A model generated the notes under the pieces. The model was not told the origin of the DNA, did no database searches, and saw only the letters and a list, made by a program, of their open reading frames with translations. The position numbers and the translations under genes were made by a program. From an uncultured bacterium (GTDB taxonomy: Bacteria > Chloroflexota > UBA5177 > JANWHV01): a stretch of DNA of 64,000 nucleotides. Position 1 is the stretch's first letter, and every line of letters begins with the position of its first letter. Below, piece after piece: positions 9,590 to 18,443 of this stretch. The stretch is taken from positions 704,001 to 768,000 of the forward strand of contig CAWHAE010000009.1 in assembly GCA_963827235.1 (NCBI GenBank), in the 5' to 3' direction.

Positions 9590-9823
9590 CTAGATCTGCA
9601 AGAAGGAGCTCGAGCCTTCCGCTTCCCGTGGAGGGGTCAGGAAACGTGCCGGCACGACGTGGCAGTATCGCTCCTGGACCAGGGCCGAATACAGCTGCAG
9701 AGCACGAGCAAGGCGCGTCTGCGCTTCGTGGATCGTTTCCGGAATACCGGCGTTCTCGGCCTGGGCGAGCAGCCTGCGGCAGCGGTTGACGTCGGTTTGA
9801 GCCTGTAGCAGTAGATCGGCCAT
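9590..9823 (-). CDS. small helical hypothetical protein
   Basis: MADLLLQAQTDVNRCRRLL... has an amphipathic pattern; GAGGG lies upstream. Confidence 0.5.
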   Translation of the reverse strand: MADLLLQAQTDVNRCRRLLAQAENAGIPETIHEAQTRLARALQLYSALVQERYCHVVPARFLTPPREAEGSSSFLQI

Positions 9824-9895
9824 GTGCGGCACCCTCGCATTTCACCCCATCGAGTCGTCGTATGGGCCTACTCTACTGCGCAGGTATTGGCGCGC

Positions 9896-9933
9896 TGTCA
9901 GCGCGCTGTAAATACGTGTAAATGGTGTGTTAA
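9896..9933 (-). promoter_or_regulatory. four TTHACA-like direct repeats (putative response-regulator site)
   Basis: Plus strand TGTCAG 9896, TGTAAA 9907, TGTAAA 9917, TGTTAA 9928. Spacing 11/10/11 in an AT-rich patch. Confidence 0.4.
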
Positions 9934-10092
9934 CTTGCTGGATGGATTTCGTCTCGCCGATTCGCGGAGCGCTCTACACGATGTCGCGACGGTCGAGACC
10001 AACGCGGAGAGCGCGCCACGACCCTCTGAGATTCCGCCGCCCAAACGCGGGCGTCCATGCACAATCCTTCGGGACCCGTACGTTCGCCGGCG

Positions 10093-11751
10093 CTACACAA
10101 GATCGCCCAGCTCCGCTTCTCGCAGCGCGCCATCTTGCATCTCCAGCACACGGGAGGCGAGACGGCGGATGGCGAAGCGGTCGTGCAGGACTGCCACGAT
10201 CGTGCCGGAAAAGCCGGCCAGTGCCGCCTCAAAGCGTGCGCGCGAGGGGATGTCCAGGTGATTGGTCGGCTCGTCGAGCAGTAGCAGGTTGCAGCGCGCG
10301 GCGATCAGCCGCGCCAGGGCCAGGCGGGCTCGCTCCCCATAGCTGAGCCTGCCGATCGGCGTGAAGACCGCGTCGCCGCCGAAGAGGTAGGCATGCAGCA
10401 GGGAGCGTGCTTCCGTCTCATCCATCGGCCGTACCTGCCGCAGCAATTCCAGCGGCGTTTGGTCCGGCTCGAGCAGCTCCTGGTCCTGGCTGAGGTATCC
10501 CGGAATCACACCGGCGCCGAGCCGCAGCGATCCACGGTCCGGCTGCAGCGCCCCTGCCACGATCTTGAGCAGGGTAGTCTTGCCACCGCCGTTCGCCCCG
10601 GTGATCACCAGTCGCTCTCCATGCCGTACCAGCAGGTCCAGGTCGCGCAGCACGGGCACGCCCTGATAGCCCTTGCCCAGGCCTTCCGCCCGCACCACGT
10701 CACGGGCGCCTCCTTCGACGGGAGCGAACGCCAGCTTGAGCGCCCAACCTGCCCGCGGCTTCTCTATTGTCTCGACCTCGAGGCGCTTCTCCAGCTTCCG
10801 CTCGCGGACGATAGCCTTGCGCGCCCCTTTCGCCGCGCGCTGCTTGGATGCCATCTTCTTGCCACGCGTGTCTCCGTGATCGTAGGTGGAAGCCGAGCGA
10901 TGTTCCGTGCGGCGAGCCTGCTCCTTGAGCTCGTGGATGTCCTTCTGGATGCGGGCACGCTCCCGCTCCTGGCGCTCGTAGCGCTCCAGTTGCGCTTCCC
11001 GCTCCTGCTGCTTTGCCGCCTCGTAGGCGGAATAGTTGCCGGGGTATGACTTGACCGCGTGCGTGGCGCCGTCCAGCTCCAGCACCGTGTTCACCGTCTC
11101 GTCGAGGAAGGTGCGATCGTGGGAGACGATCAAGGCGGAGCCCGGATAGGAGCGCAGAAAGGACTCCAGGGCGCGCAGGCCATCGATGTCGAGATGGTTG
11201 GTGGGCTCGTCGAGCAGCAGCAGATCCGGGGTATCCAGCAGGAGGCTTGCCAGGGCAAGCCGCGCTCTCTGCCCGCCGCTGAGCGTCTGCGCCAACCGGC
11301 ACGGATCGATTTCCTGCAGGCCCAGGTCGCGCAGGATGTTGTCGGCGCGCTCGAGCGCCTCGTAGCCACCCGCGCTCTCGAAGGCCGCCGCCGCGCGCTC
11401 GTAGCAAGCGACCGGCGCGTCACTTGCGCCGCCGGCCAGAGCGTCGGCCGCGTGGAGCATCGCCGCGTGCGCGGCCACCGCGCCACCGCCCGGATGCAGG
11501 AGCTGCTGTACGGATAGGGTTTCATCGCCCAGGTAGCCCTGCCGCAGATAGCCGAGGCGAGTGCCGGGAGAGAGGAAGACCGATCCCTCGTCCGGCGCGA
11601 GGCAACCGGCAATGATCGCCAGCAGCGTGCTCTTGCCACATCCGTTGGGACCGATGATACCCGCTCGCTCTGCGGGTGAGAGAACGAAGGAGACGCCCTG
11701 CAAGACCGTTCGGCCCGCGAAGCGTTTGGCCAGATCGCTAATACGCAGCAT
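10093..11751 (-). CDS. ABC-F family ATPase, ribosomal-protection-like
   Basis: Two ABC domains (GPNGCGKST/LSGGQ/LLDEPTNHLD; GANGGGKTT/LSYGE/LLDEPTNHLD), no TM segments, long basic interdomain linker. Confidence 0.92.
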   Translation of the reverse strand: MLRISDLAKRFAGRTVLQGVSFVLSPAERAGIIGPNGCGKSTLLAIIAGCLAPDEGSVFLSPGTRLGYLRQGYLGDETLSVQQLLHPGGGAVAAHAAMLHAADALAGGASDAPVACYERAAAAFESAGGYEALERADNILRDLGLQEIDPCRLAQTLSGGQRARLALASLLLDTPDLLLLDEPTNHLDIDGLRALESFLRSYPGSALIVSHDRTFLDETVNTVLELDGATHAVKSYPGNYSAYEAAKQQEREAQLERYERQERERARIQKDIHELKEQARRTEHRSASTYDHGDTRGKKMASKQRAAKGARKAIVRERKLEKRLEVETIEKPRAGWALKLAFAPVEGGARDVVRAEGLGKGYQGVPVLRDLDLLVRHGERLVITGANGGGKTTLLKIVAGALQPDRGSLRLGAGVIPGYLSQDQELLEPDQTPLELLRQVRPMDETEARSLLHAYLFGGDAVFTPIGRLSYGERARLALARLIAARCNLLLLDEPTNHLDIPSRARFEAALAGFSGTIVAVLHDRFAIRRLASRVLEMQDGALREAELGDLV

Positions 11752-12043
11752 GCACAACCCCCTGGTGCACGGTCGACGTGTGGAGCAACCGGCGCGGCGT
11801 GCACGTGCATAGAGCGGCGCGCGGCGCGGCAAAACGATCGAGGGGCGGAGCAGCCGAAAGGTAAGCTGTGCGAGGGGAGCTGCCGCGAGTCGCGGCGACA
11901 CCAGGCAGGCGATGAGAGGCACAGGCGACAACTCGAGCGTCGCCACAGCCTACTCGCTACTCAGCCCGGTGTTATCTGGTCATACGTCCTCGCTTACTGC
12001 GTCCAACCTACCGATCGTACCACTCGGCGGTACCCCGGCGCAA
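11752..12043 (-). promoter_or_regulatory. promoter and attenuator-like leader with 3-codon uORF (MTR*, 11983-11972)
   Basis: TTGCGC (12043-12038), 18 nt, then TGG-TACGAT (12019-12014). GAGGAC-GT-ATG ACC AGA TAA. TGCAC/GTGCA repeats flank the ABC-F RBS. Confidence 0.6.
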
Positions 12044-12089
12044 TCACATGTAGCACCCGATACAGGGCTGAAGTGAAAATGGCTCGTGC

Positions 12090-13336
12090 CTACACAGCGA
12101 CGTCCGCGGACTCCCGAAGCTGGAGGGATACATCGAAGCCCAAGGCCTGCAAACGGCGGACGAGTCGACGCTGGGCAGCCTGCTTGTCGCGCTGGTCAAG
12201 ATAGGTGACGCCCAGCTCCTGATACGGTTCATGGTCACGCAGGAGGTGGTAGACGATGACAAGGATGCTGCGGGCCACGGCCACCGCAGCCCGCTTCTTG
12301 CCGCGGCGTGCCAGCAGGCGATGGTAGAGTGCGCCAAGGTACGTGTTCTTGGCGTGCCCAGCGGCGTGCGCAGCGTCGACGAGCAGCGCGCGCAACCAGG
12401 GACTGCCCTTGCGTGTCTTGCCGCTCTTGCGTTTGCCCGCACTGATGTTGTTGCCAGGGGCGACGCCAGCCCATGAGGTCAGATGGTTCGCGCTGGGAAA
12501 GCGGCGCATGTCGGTCCCGATCTCGGCGATGATGGACTGGGCAGCGACGAGCCCAATGCCCGTGATGGCGTCCAACCGCTCGATGTCCTCTGCACTCAGG
12601 GCAACGCGGCTCGCAACCTCGGCACTGACGCGCTCGATGGCCCCATCCAGGTAATCGATGTGTGCCAGCTGCTCGGCCAGCACGAAGCATTGGTGTGGGC
12701 CGACCGTGCCGCTGAGGGCCTGCTGGAGTTGGGGAATCTTCTCCCGCATGCGCCCGCGTGCGAACTGCGCCATGGTGGCGGGGTCGGCCGTGCCCGCGAT
12801 CAGGGCTGCCAGCACGTCTCGCCCAGATGCGCCGGTGATGTCCGATGCCACGCTACTCAGTTTAGTGTTGCCGCCTTCGAGCACCTTCTGCACCCGATTG
12901 ACTTCGTCCGCGCGCTCCCGAACCAGGGCCGTACGGTAGCGGGTCAGCTCCCGCAGTTCCCGCAGCGGGCAGTCAGGGATGAAGCTCGCCCGCAGCAAGC
13001 CGTGCCGCAGCAGGTCCGCTAGCCAGGCGGCATCCCGGACATCGGTCTTGCGCCCTGGCACCTGCTTGATGTGAGTGGCGTTGACCACGATGACCGTCGG
13101 CACCACGCCTTCCAGCAGGTTGTATGGCGGCTTCCAATAACTCCCGGTCGACTCCATCGCCACCGCCGGGCACGCCGCCACCAGCCAGTCCACGAGCGCC
13201 AGCAAGTCGCTGGTCATGGTGCCGAAGTGCGCACCTCCTGCTGCGGCACCCCTGCAACGCCTGGGGTGAGCAGACAGGCGACCACGCTCTTCTTGTGCAC
13301 GTCCAGACCACAGCACCGCTCGTACAGGACCTCCAT
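12090..13336 (-). CDS. IS110 transposase/recombinase, 1-nt frameshift near 13228
   Basis: MEVLYERCCGLDVHKK...EVRT joins FGTMTSDL in another frame. DEDD residues (GLDVH, AMESTG, KTDVRDA) and a C-terminal APGNNISAGK serine motif. Confidence 0.92.
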
Positions 13337-13339
13337 CGC

Positions 13340-13575
13340 GCTGCTCCTTCCTCCAGGCGCGTCCACCCGCTGCGAGATGGTGCGCGGGAGTGCCCCATAA
13401 CGCGGAGTCTGAAGTGCGTGCTCTCCCGAAGGAGGCAACAGCCGGTGCTACCCAAGGGCACTCCGGTCAATCCTATGCGCGGGCTCGTAGCACCAGCCTT
13501 GTTCCGACCTTCGTGCGTCCTCACCGTCTCGCCCCCACGATACCACCCAGTGGTCTCGCGCAGCACAACCACATT
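13340..13575 (-). ncRNA. candidate IS110 bridge/seek RNA
   Basis: Stems GCTGGTGCTAC/GTAGCACCGGC and GGGAGAGC/GCACTCCC. The internal loop of the second stem carries CACTTCAG, identical to the element's right end. Confidence 0.6.
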
Positions 13576-13652
13576 TTCATGGGCGGTGGTGGTCCATGAC
13601 CATGCGTATCTTGTTCCCAAACCGGGGGCATGCGCCGGCGCGCGGAGACTCC

Positions 13653-14229
13653 ATGGGTGAGACTGTGAAGGTAATGCGGGCAGGTGATCCCATATGGGTC
13701 GTCGACTATGACCCTGCCTGGCCAGCGCTCTTCGCCCGGCAGGCAGCAGAACTCCGTGCGGCATTAGGTCTGGTTGCGGCGCGTATCGACCACATTGGGT
13801 CAACTGCTGTTCCAGCCACGCTCGCCAAACCTGTAATCGACGTTCAGATCTCGGTGTCCGATCTAGAGCCCGTGGGCCGCTACCGCCTCCTCCTGGAGAG
13901 GTCGGCATATCTACAGCGCCGACAACCCCGATCGCACCAAGCGCTACTTCCGCGAGATCCCAGGGCAGCGCCGCACACACCTGCACGTCCGGCGCGCCGG
14001 GAGTTTTGGCGAGCAGTTCGCGCTGTTGTTCCGGGATTTCATGCGGGCCCATCGGGAGGCTGCCCAGCAGTATGGAGCACTCAAAGTGGAGCTGGTGCGG
14101 CTCTATCCTCGCGTGGAGGATCGCCACGCCTACACGGCAGCCAAGACCCCGTTCATATGGAACATCATGACCCAAGCAGACGCGTGGGCGCAGGAGACCG
14201 GATGGCTGCCAGGTCCTTCGGACGCCTGA
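13653..14229 (+). pseudogene. GrpB-family nucleotidyltransferase-like protein, frameshifted near 13900
   Basis: VVDYDPAWPALF...IDHIGSTAVP..LAKPVIDVQ, then in another frame RRTHLHVRRAGS...LLFRDFMRAH...YTAAKTPFI. Confidence 0.85.
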
Positions 14230-14356
14230 AGGGCGCCCTTGTCCTTCTTGGGCGCACCTTCCGTGGAGTACCCGGCCGGGCTTCCTGGGCGCTATCGGTA
14301 TGGGACAGATTGCGTTCCCAGCTTGGTCGCTCAATCCATGAAGAATCGGGAACTAC

Positions 14357-14894
14357 ATGAACGAGAGGCAGCTTACCCTCATTGAAGAGCTCACTTCGAT
14401 CTGTCACTCGCTGCCAATCGAGTTGTGGCTGCGCGGCGGCTGGGCTGTAGATTTCTTCATCGGGCGTGTCACCCGCGAGCACGAGGACATCGACCTGTTC
14501 ATCTGGGCAACTGACGCTCCTGCATTGGCGCGCGAGCTTGATCGTGCCGGTTTACGGCCCAAGCCGGACCGCCGGCCGACGCGCAGCGTAACTTTACGAA
14601 GGCCGGCGAGGATCTTCAGATAGCCCTGCTGAGCAAGAGCCAGAACGGCGCAAGAGCCAGAACGGCGAGGTTGTGGTCGCAGGCGGCCCAGCCGCCGGAG
14701 CACCGTGGCCGAGTGGTATGCTTGCTGGCACTGTGGGGTGCATCGGCCATCTCGTGTGCCCCATCATTGAGCCGCGCGTGCAGATCGAGATCAAGCAGAA
14801 GTTTCCGGACTGGCGGCCGGATCTGCCACGGTACCCGAAGCACCAGGCCGATATCGCGCTGCTGCGCGCTGCACTGGTACGTACCGAGGGATAG
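14357..14894 (+). pseudogene. aminoglycoside-2''-adenylyltransferase/Lnu-like nucleotidyltransferase, two frame disruptions
   Basis: WLRGGWAVDFFIGRVTREHEDIDLF signature. Frameshift at ~14555 and a 17-bp tandem duplication at 14633-14666. Confidence 0.8.
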
Positions 14895-14949
14895 CGGCGG
14901 CAAGGAGGTTCGCGTTTACATCACACAATCACGCCGGAGAGCGCCCCGC

Positions 14950-15810
14950 TCATCCGGCCGGATCGCTCGACCGGAGGCCGACGTACAGCAGGTGGGCACT
15001 CGTGCCGAGCAGCGAGAGATCGCCCGCAGTCTCGATTGCCAGATCAAGCACGCGTCGGTAGCCGGCCGGGTCCACAGCTTCCATGGCAGCCAGAGCTTCG
15101 CCAAGCCCGGAGGCGAACCCGTTGGCGGCCAGGAGCGCTTGGGTGGTAAAGCCATGCGCCTCGAAGAATGGCGCGACCTGCTCGGCTCGTACACCATAGC
15201 AGCTGGTGAAGCGGCCCGGTACCGCGTTCCCGTAGATGCCCTTCTCGAGAAGCGGCCGCAAGAAAGCCGGATCTGCCAGTTGGAACCGTTCGTCCTCCAG
15301 CATGAGGGTACGGCGAAGGAAGGCGTAGACGGGCATCATGGCGACGAACACCAGCCCGCCGGGCCGGAGCACCCGCGCCATCTCCGTGCAAGCGCGATCG
15401 CGGTCCGGCTCGTCTGGCAGGTGGTAAAACGGCCCGAATGAGAGCACGGCGTCGAACGACGCATCGTTCCAGCGACTCAGGTCACGGGCATCGGTCTCGA
15501 CAATCGCCTCGACCATCCCGGCCACCGGCGAGCGACGAATCCGCTCGCGCGCGGCGGCCACAAGAACGGGGGAGAGATCGGCGAGCACCACGCGGTGCCC
15601 GCGCTCTGCCAGCCACAGCGTGTAGCGACCGGGTCCGCCGCCGATATCGAGCACACGCGAACCCGTGGGCAGGCACGTCTCCAGCGCGTGCGTGACCACC
15701 GCGAACTCTACAGGGCCGTCGTGAGCAGGGCTTGTGAGCCGGTCCCACTCTCGCTCTGCGCGAGCCGCATAGTAGTGAAGCATGGCATCCCGAGAGGCGT
15801 CAGGATCCAT
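14950..15810 (-). CDS. class I SAM-dependent methyltransferase
   Basis: VLDIGGGPGRY, LADLS, DARDL, FDAVLSFGPFYHL, RVLRPGG. Confidence 0.9.
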   Translation of the reverse strand: MDPDASRDAMLHYYAARAEREWDRLTSPAHDGPVEFAVVTHALETCLPTGSRVLDIGGGPGRYTLWLAERGHRVVLADLSPVLVAAARERIRRSPVAGMVEAIVETDARDLSRWNDASFDAVLSFGPFYHLPDEPDRDRACTEMARVLRPGGLVFVAMMPVYAFLRRTLMLEDERFQLADPAFLRPLLEKGIYGNAVPGRFTSCYGVRAEQVAPFFEAHGFTTQALLAANGFASGLGEALAAMEAVDPAGYRRVLDLAIETAGDLSLLGTSAHLLYVGLRSSDPAG

Positions 15811-16117
15811 GCACAGCACCCTCCCGTCGTAGCCTCAAGTGCAGCTCCGCGCCGAGTTGCAAGGCTCGCTCGACCGTTGGCGTGCTGAGCTTGCCCATGG
15901 CAGGTGGTCCATATAGCGGCGCGGGGTTCATGGCGGCAGGATACAGGCATGGACGATCTCGCGACAAGATAGCTTCCGCCGACAGCATCGGCGGAGGTCA
16001 CCGGTGAGGATCTCGCGCGCCAGAGCGTGCATCTCCTCGGGCATCGCAAGCTCTTCGTGCTGTACCGCGCGCATCCGGGTCAGGAATAGAGCGTCTTGCG
16101 CACGCAGGAGCGGTGCT

Positions 16118-16625
16118 GTGGAGAACTGGAAATAGGATCGTATCGGCGCTGCCGAGCAGGAAGAGAATCCGACGGTGCTGCTGCGGCTGTCCAGCGGCTA
16201 CGCCTTCAGGTGCGGACACACGGTTCTTGCCGGGCTACTGCGTTCTCATGGCTGTGCCTCAGGTCAATCGCCTGACCGACCTGCCGCGTGACTGTCGGAG
16301 AGTGTTCCTGCTGGAGATGAGCCTGCTGGGCGTGGCAGTGATGACGGTGTGCACGCCCAGGCGCATCAACTACGAGATCCCGGGCACCACGGACGCCTAC
16401 CTGCACGCCCACGTGAGGGTGCGCTACGACCGGGAGCCTGCAGAGCAGTCGGGCCCGGCGAGAAGCCTCGCCTCGGCCGGGGACCGCTCTCGCCGGATCC
16501 GCGGCCGGGACGGCGCTCCCCTCGCGCACCACGCCCTCGGTGATAGTGCTCATGCCGTCCCGGACGCGACCGGCCGCCTTTGCCCGTCGCCGCGATGCTG
16601 GCGAGCAAAGGCGGCCAGGTGGAGT
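16118..16625 (+). pseudogene. degraded HIT-family (diadenosine tetraphosphate hydrolase-like) gene
   Basis: VENWK*DRIGAAEQEENPTVLLRLSSGYA [frameshift] DTRFLPGYCVL...RINYEIPGTTDAYLHAHVRVRY. Internal stop and frameshifts; 3' end approximate. Confidence 0.75.
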
Positions 16626-16648
16626 AGAAGCTGCGTCGAAGCGGCAGC

Positions 16649-17452
16649 TCAGTCGGACGTCGTCGCGGTGGGCACGCCCGTGGTCGTGGTCATCGGCTGT
16701 GCCGTTGTCGTGGTGGGCGATTGCGTCGTGGTAGTAGGCGCGGGAGTCGTGCTGGTGGTGGTGGTCGGCTGCGGCGTAGTAGTTGTGATGGGCGCCATCG
16801 TGGTGGTCGGCTGCGGCGTAGTAGTTGTGATGGGCGCCATCGTGGTGGTCGGCTGCGGCGTAGTAGTCGTGATGGGCGCCATCGTGGTGGTCGGCTGCGG
16901 CGTAGTAGTCGTGATGGGCGCCGTCGTCGTGGTTGACGCGGGAGTCGTGCTCGTGGTAGGGGCTGCCGTCGTGGTCGTGGAGGTCGTGGTCGGGCGCCTG
17001 GTAGTGGTGGTCGTTGGGCGCCTGGTGGTCGTTGGGCAGCGGTGCCGGTGGCGATCGGGATCAGGATCGGAGATCGGGTCCGCGAGCGCAGGCACCGCGG
17101 GTGCTACGATCGGCATGAGGACCAGCGACAATCCTGCCGCCGTCAGCCGCGTGATCACCTGCCGTCTCGAGAGCGTGGCCGGGCGGGAGTCGCCGTGCTG
17201 GAACAGACCGGCACTCCTCAGCTCCTCCAGCGCCAGGTCCAGCAATCCTTCAGCCTGCTGCTGAGAGACGTTGAACGTGCGCTGCAGAAGCCGGACCAGC
17301 TGCTGTGGCGTGGTCTCGCCATCACAATGCTGCCACACCAGGCTGGTCGTGGCGTTCAGGACGAAGCTCTTCCCTCGCTGCCAGTCAAAGAGGCCCAGCC
17401 CATCTCCGATGGCCTCCACTCGGACTGTGGTGATCTTCTGCGGGTTGTGCAC
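16649..17452 (-). CDS. PqqD/RRE-domain protein with internal twin-arginine leader and C-terminal mucin-like Thr/Pro repeat region
   Basis: LFDWQRGKSFVLNATTSLVWQHCDG...LALEELRSAGLF (PqqD-like); LSRRQVITRL..h-region..PALA; then ~130 aa dominated by Thr/Pro. GTG start after AGGGAG. Confidence 0.85.
   Translation of the reverse strand: MHNPQKITTVRVEAIGDGLGLFDWQRGKSFVLNATTSLVWQHCDGETTPQQLVRLLQRTFNVSQQQAEGLLDLALEELRSAGLFQHGDSRPATLSRRQVITRLTAAGLSLVLMPIVAPAVPALADPISDPDPDRHRHRCPTTTRRPTTTTTRRPTTTSTTTTAAPTTSTTPASTTTTAPITTTTPQPTTTMAPITTTTPQPTTTMAPITTTTPQPTTTMAPITTTTPQPTTTTSTTPAPTTTTQSPTTTTAQPMTTTTGVPTATTSD
16757..16924 (-). repeat. 4 x 42-bp coding tandem repeat (MAPITTTTPQPTTT)
   Basis: Near-identical units with the same register at 16761, 16803, 16845 and 16887. 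Confidence 0.95.
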
Positions 17453-17529
17453 GCGTGTCTCTCCCTGGATATGCGGATGAGCGAGAACCGTGGGACAAAG
17501 CACAAAGAGTGACGGATGCGCCGGGCCGG

Positions 17530-18330
17530 TCAGTCCATAGACGCCACCTCCTGCACCGGCTGCCCGGCCGGCGTTTGCAGGCGCGCGGATACCATGCTGC
17601 AATAGTCCTTCTGCCAATGTGGTACCAGACTGATGCGTCCGAGGCGAATGTGGCCGGCCGCAGCGCTTCGTTGCACGTACGCCTCGACTTCCTGGTGGCC
17701 CACGTTCTCGCCCGGCTGGTAGTTGCCAAAGCCGCTCATATGATAGGATCCCGTGCCGCCCCAGCGATAGACGTAATAGATGTCTTGCGGTCTGATGTCG
17801 TAGGGCGCGATCGCGCCGGGAAATCGTCGCGCAAGGCGGGTCTCGAAGTCCCAGTCATACCCCGTTCCCTCGGCCGCGTACCCTCCTACGGCGTCAAACA
17901 ACGTGCGCGTCCAGCAGCTCCCGGCATGGAACAGATTGGCCTCGGGACCGCGCAGCGTACCGCTGTCCAGGACCCATCCTTTGTCGGGCTTGAAGAAGCG
18001 CTGCTGCGGTGCGAGCTTCTCCACCGTAAAGGACAGCCTGTGAGGCAGGTAGATGTCGTCGTCATCCCAGACGAAGAGCAGATCGTGCGCGGCCAGGGCG
18101 ACGGCCATGTTCATCTTTTCGCCCACGGTGCGCAGGCGCTTGGGCAGGTTCACCATCCGCACCTCGGGATGGTCGATCTCCAGGTACTGCTTATCGTAGT
18201 CGTTCAAGACGATCAGCTCTTTCGGCCCGGCGTACTCCTGCCGGAGAAAGGAGAAGATGGCCTCCTCCAGCAGCGCCGGACGGGCATACGTCAGACAAAT
18301 ACAGCTGACGGGCGGATACCGATTCAACAT
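17530..18330 (-). CDS. GT2/GT-A fold glycosyltransferase
   Basis: PPVSCICLTYAR, ELIVLND, FVWDDDDIYLPHRL. Confidence 0.9.
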   Translation of the reverse strand: MLNRYPPVSCICLTYARPALLEEAIFSFLRQEYAGPKELIVLNDYDKQYLEIDHPEVRMVNLPKRLRTVGEKMNMAVALAAHDLLFVWDDDDIYLPHRLSFTVEKLAPQQRFFKPDKGWVLDSGTLRGPEANLFHAGSCWTRTLFDAVGGYAAEGTGYDWDFETRLARRFPGAIAPYDIRPQDIYYVYRWGGTGSYHMSGFGNYQPGENVGHQEVEAYVQRSAAAGHIRLGRISLVPHWQKDYCSMVSARLQTPAGQPVQEVASMD

Positions 18331-18443
18331 GCGTGCGGCTCACTCACTCCGTTACGTGGATAGACGACGTGCGTTCATCTGAATCAGGGAACCGGCTCCG
18401 GAACCCTAACTCGGGACTCCTGTTCTCGGGCCCAGGGGGAGCG

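Larger units (their letters stand above)
12065..13584 (-). mobile_element. IS110-family insertion sequence
   Basis: Transposase plus ~250-nt 5' non-coding region. Sub-terminal inverted TGAAAATG (12074) / CATTTTCA (13572). GGGC at both presumptive ends (12065-12068, 13581-13584). Confidence 0.8.

Noticed and set aside
11752-11946. N-terminal extension of ABC-F in the ORF track
   Set aside because: No ABC-like sequence before MLRISD. The region is better explained as a leader.
13200-13260. Programmed frameshift in the IS110 transposase
   Set aside because: No slippery heptamer, and this is not a known IS110 feature. More likely a 1-nt loss or sequencing error.
16757-16924. Possible CRISPR array
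   Set aside because: Contiguous in-frame 42-bp coding repeats with no unique spacers and no cas genes.
16113-17264. 383-aa plus-strand ORF with Val-rich hydrophobic repeats
   Set aside because: It is the antisense shadow of the Thr-repeat gene, joined by chance to a HIT pseudogene fragment.
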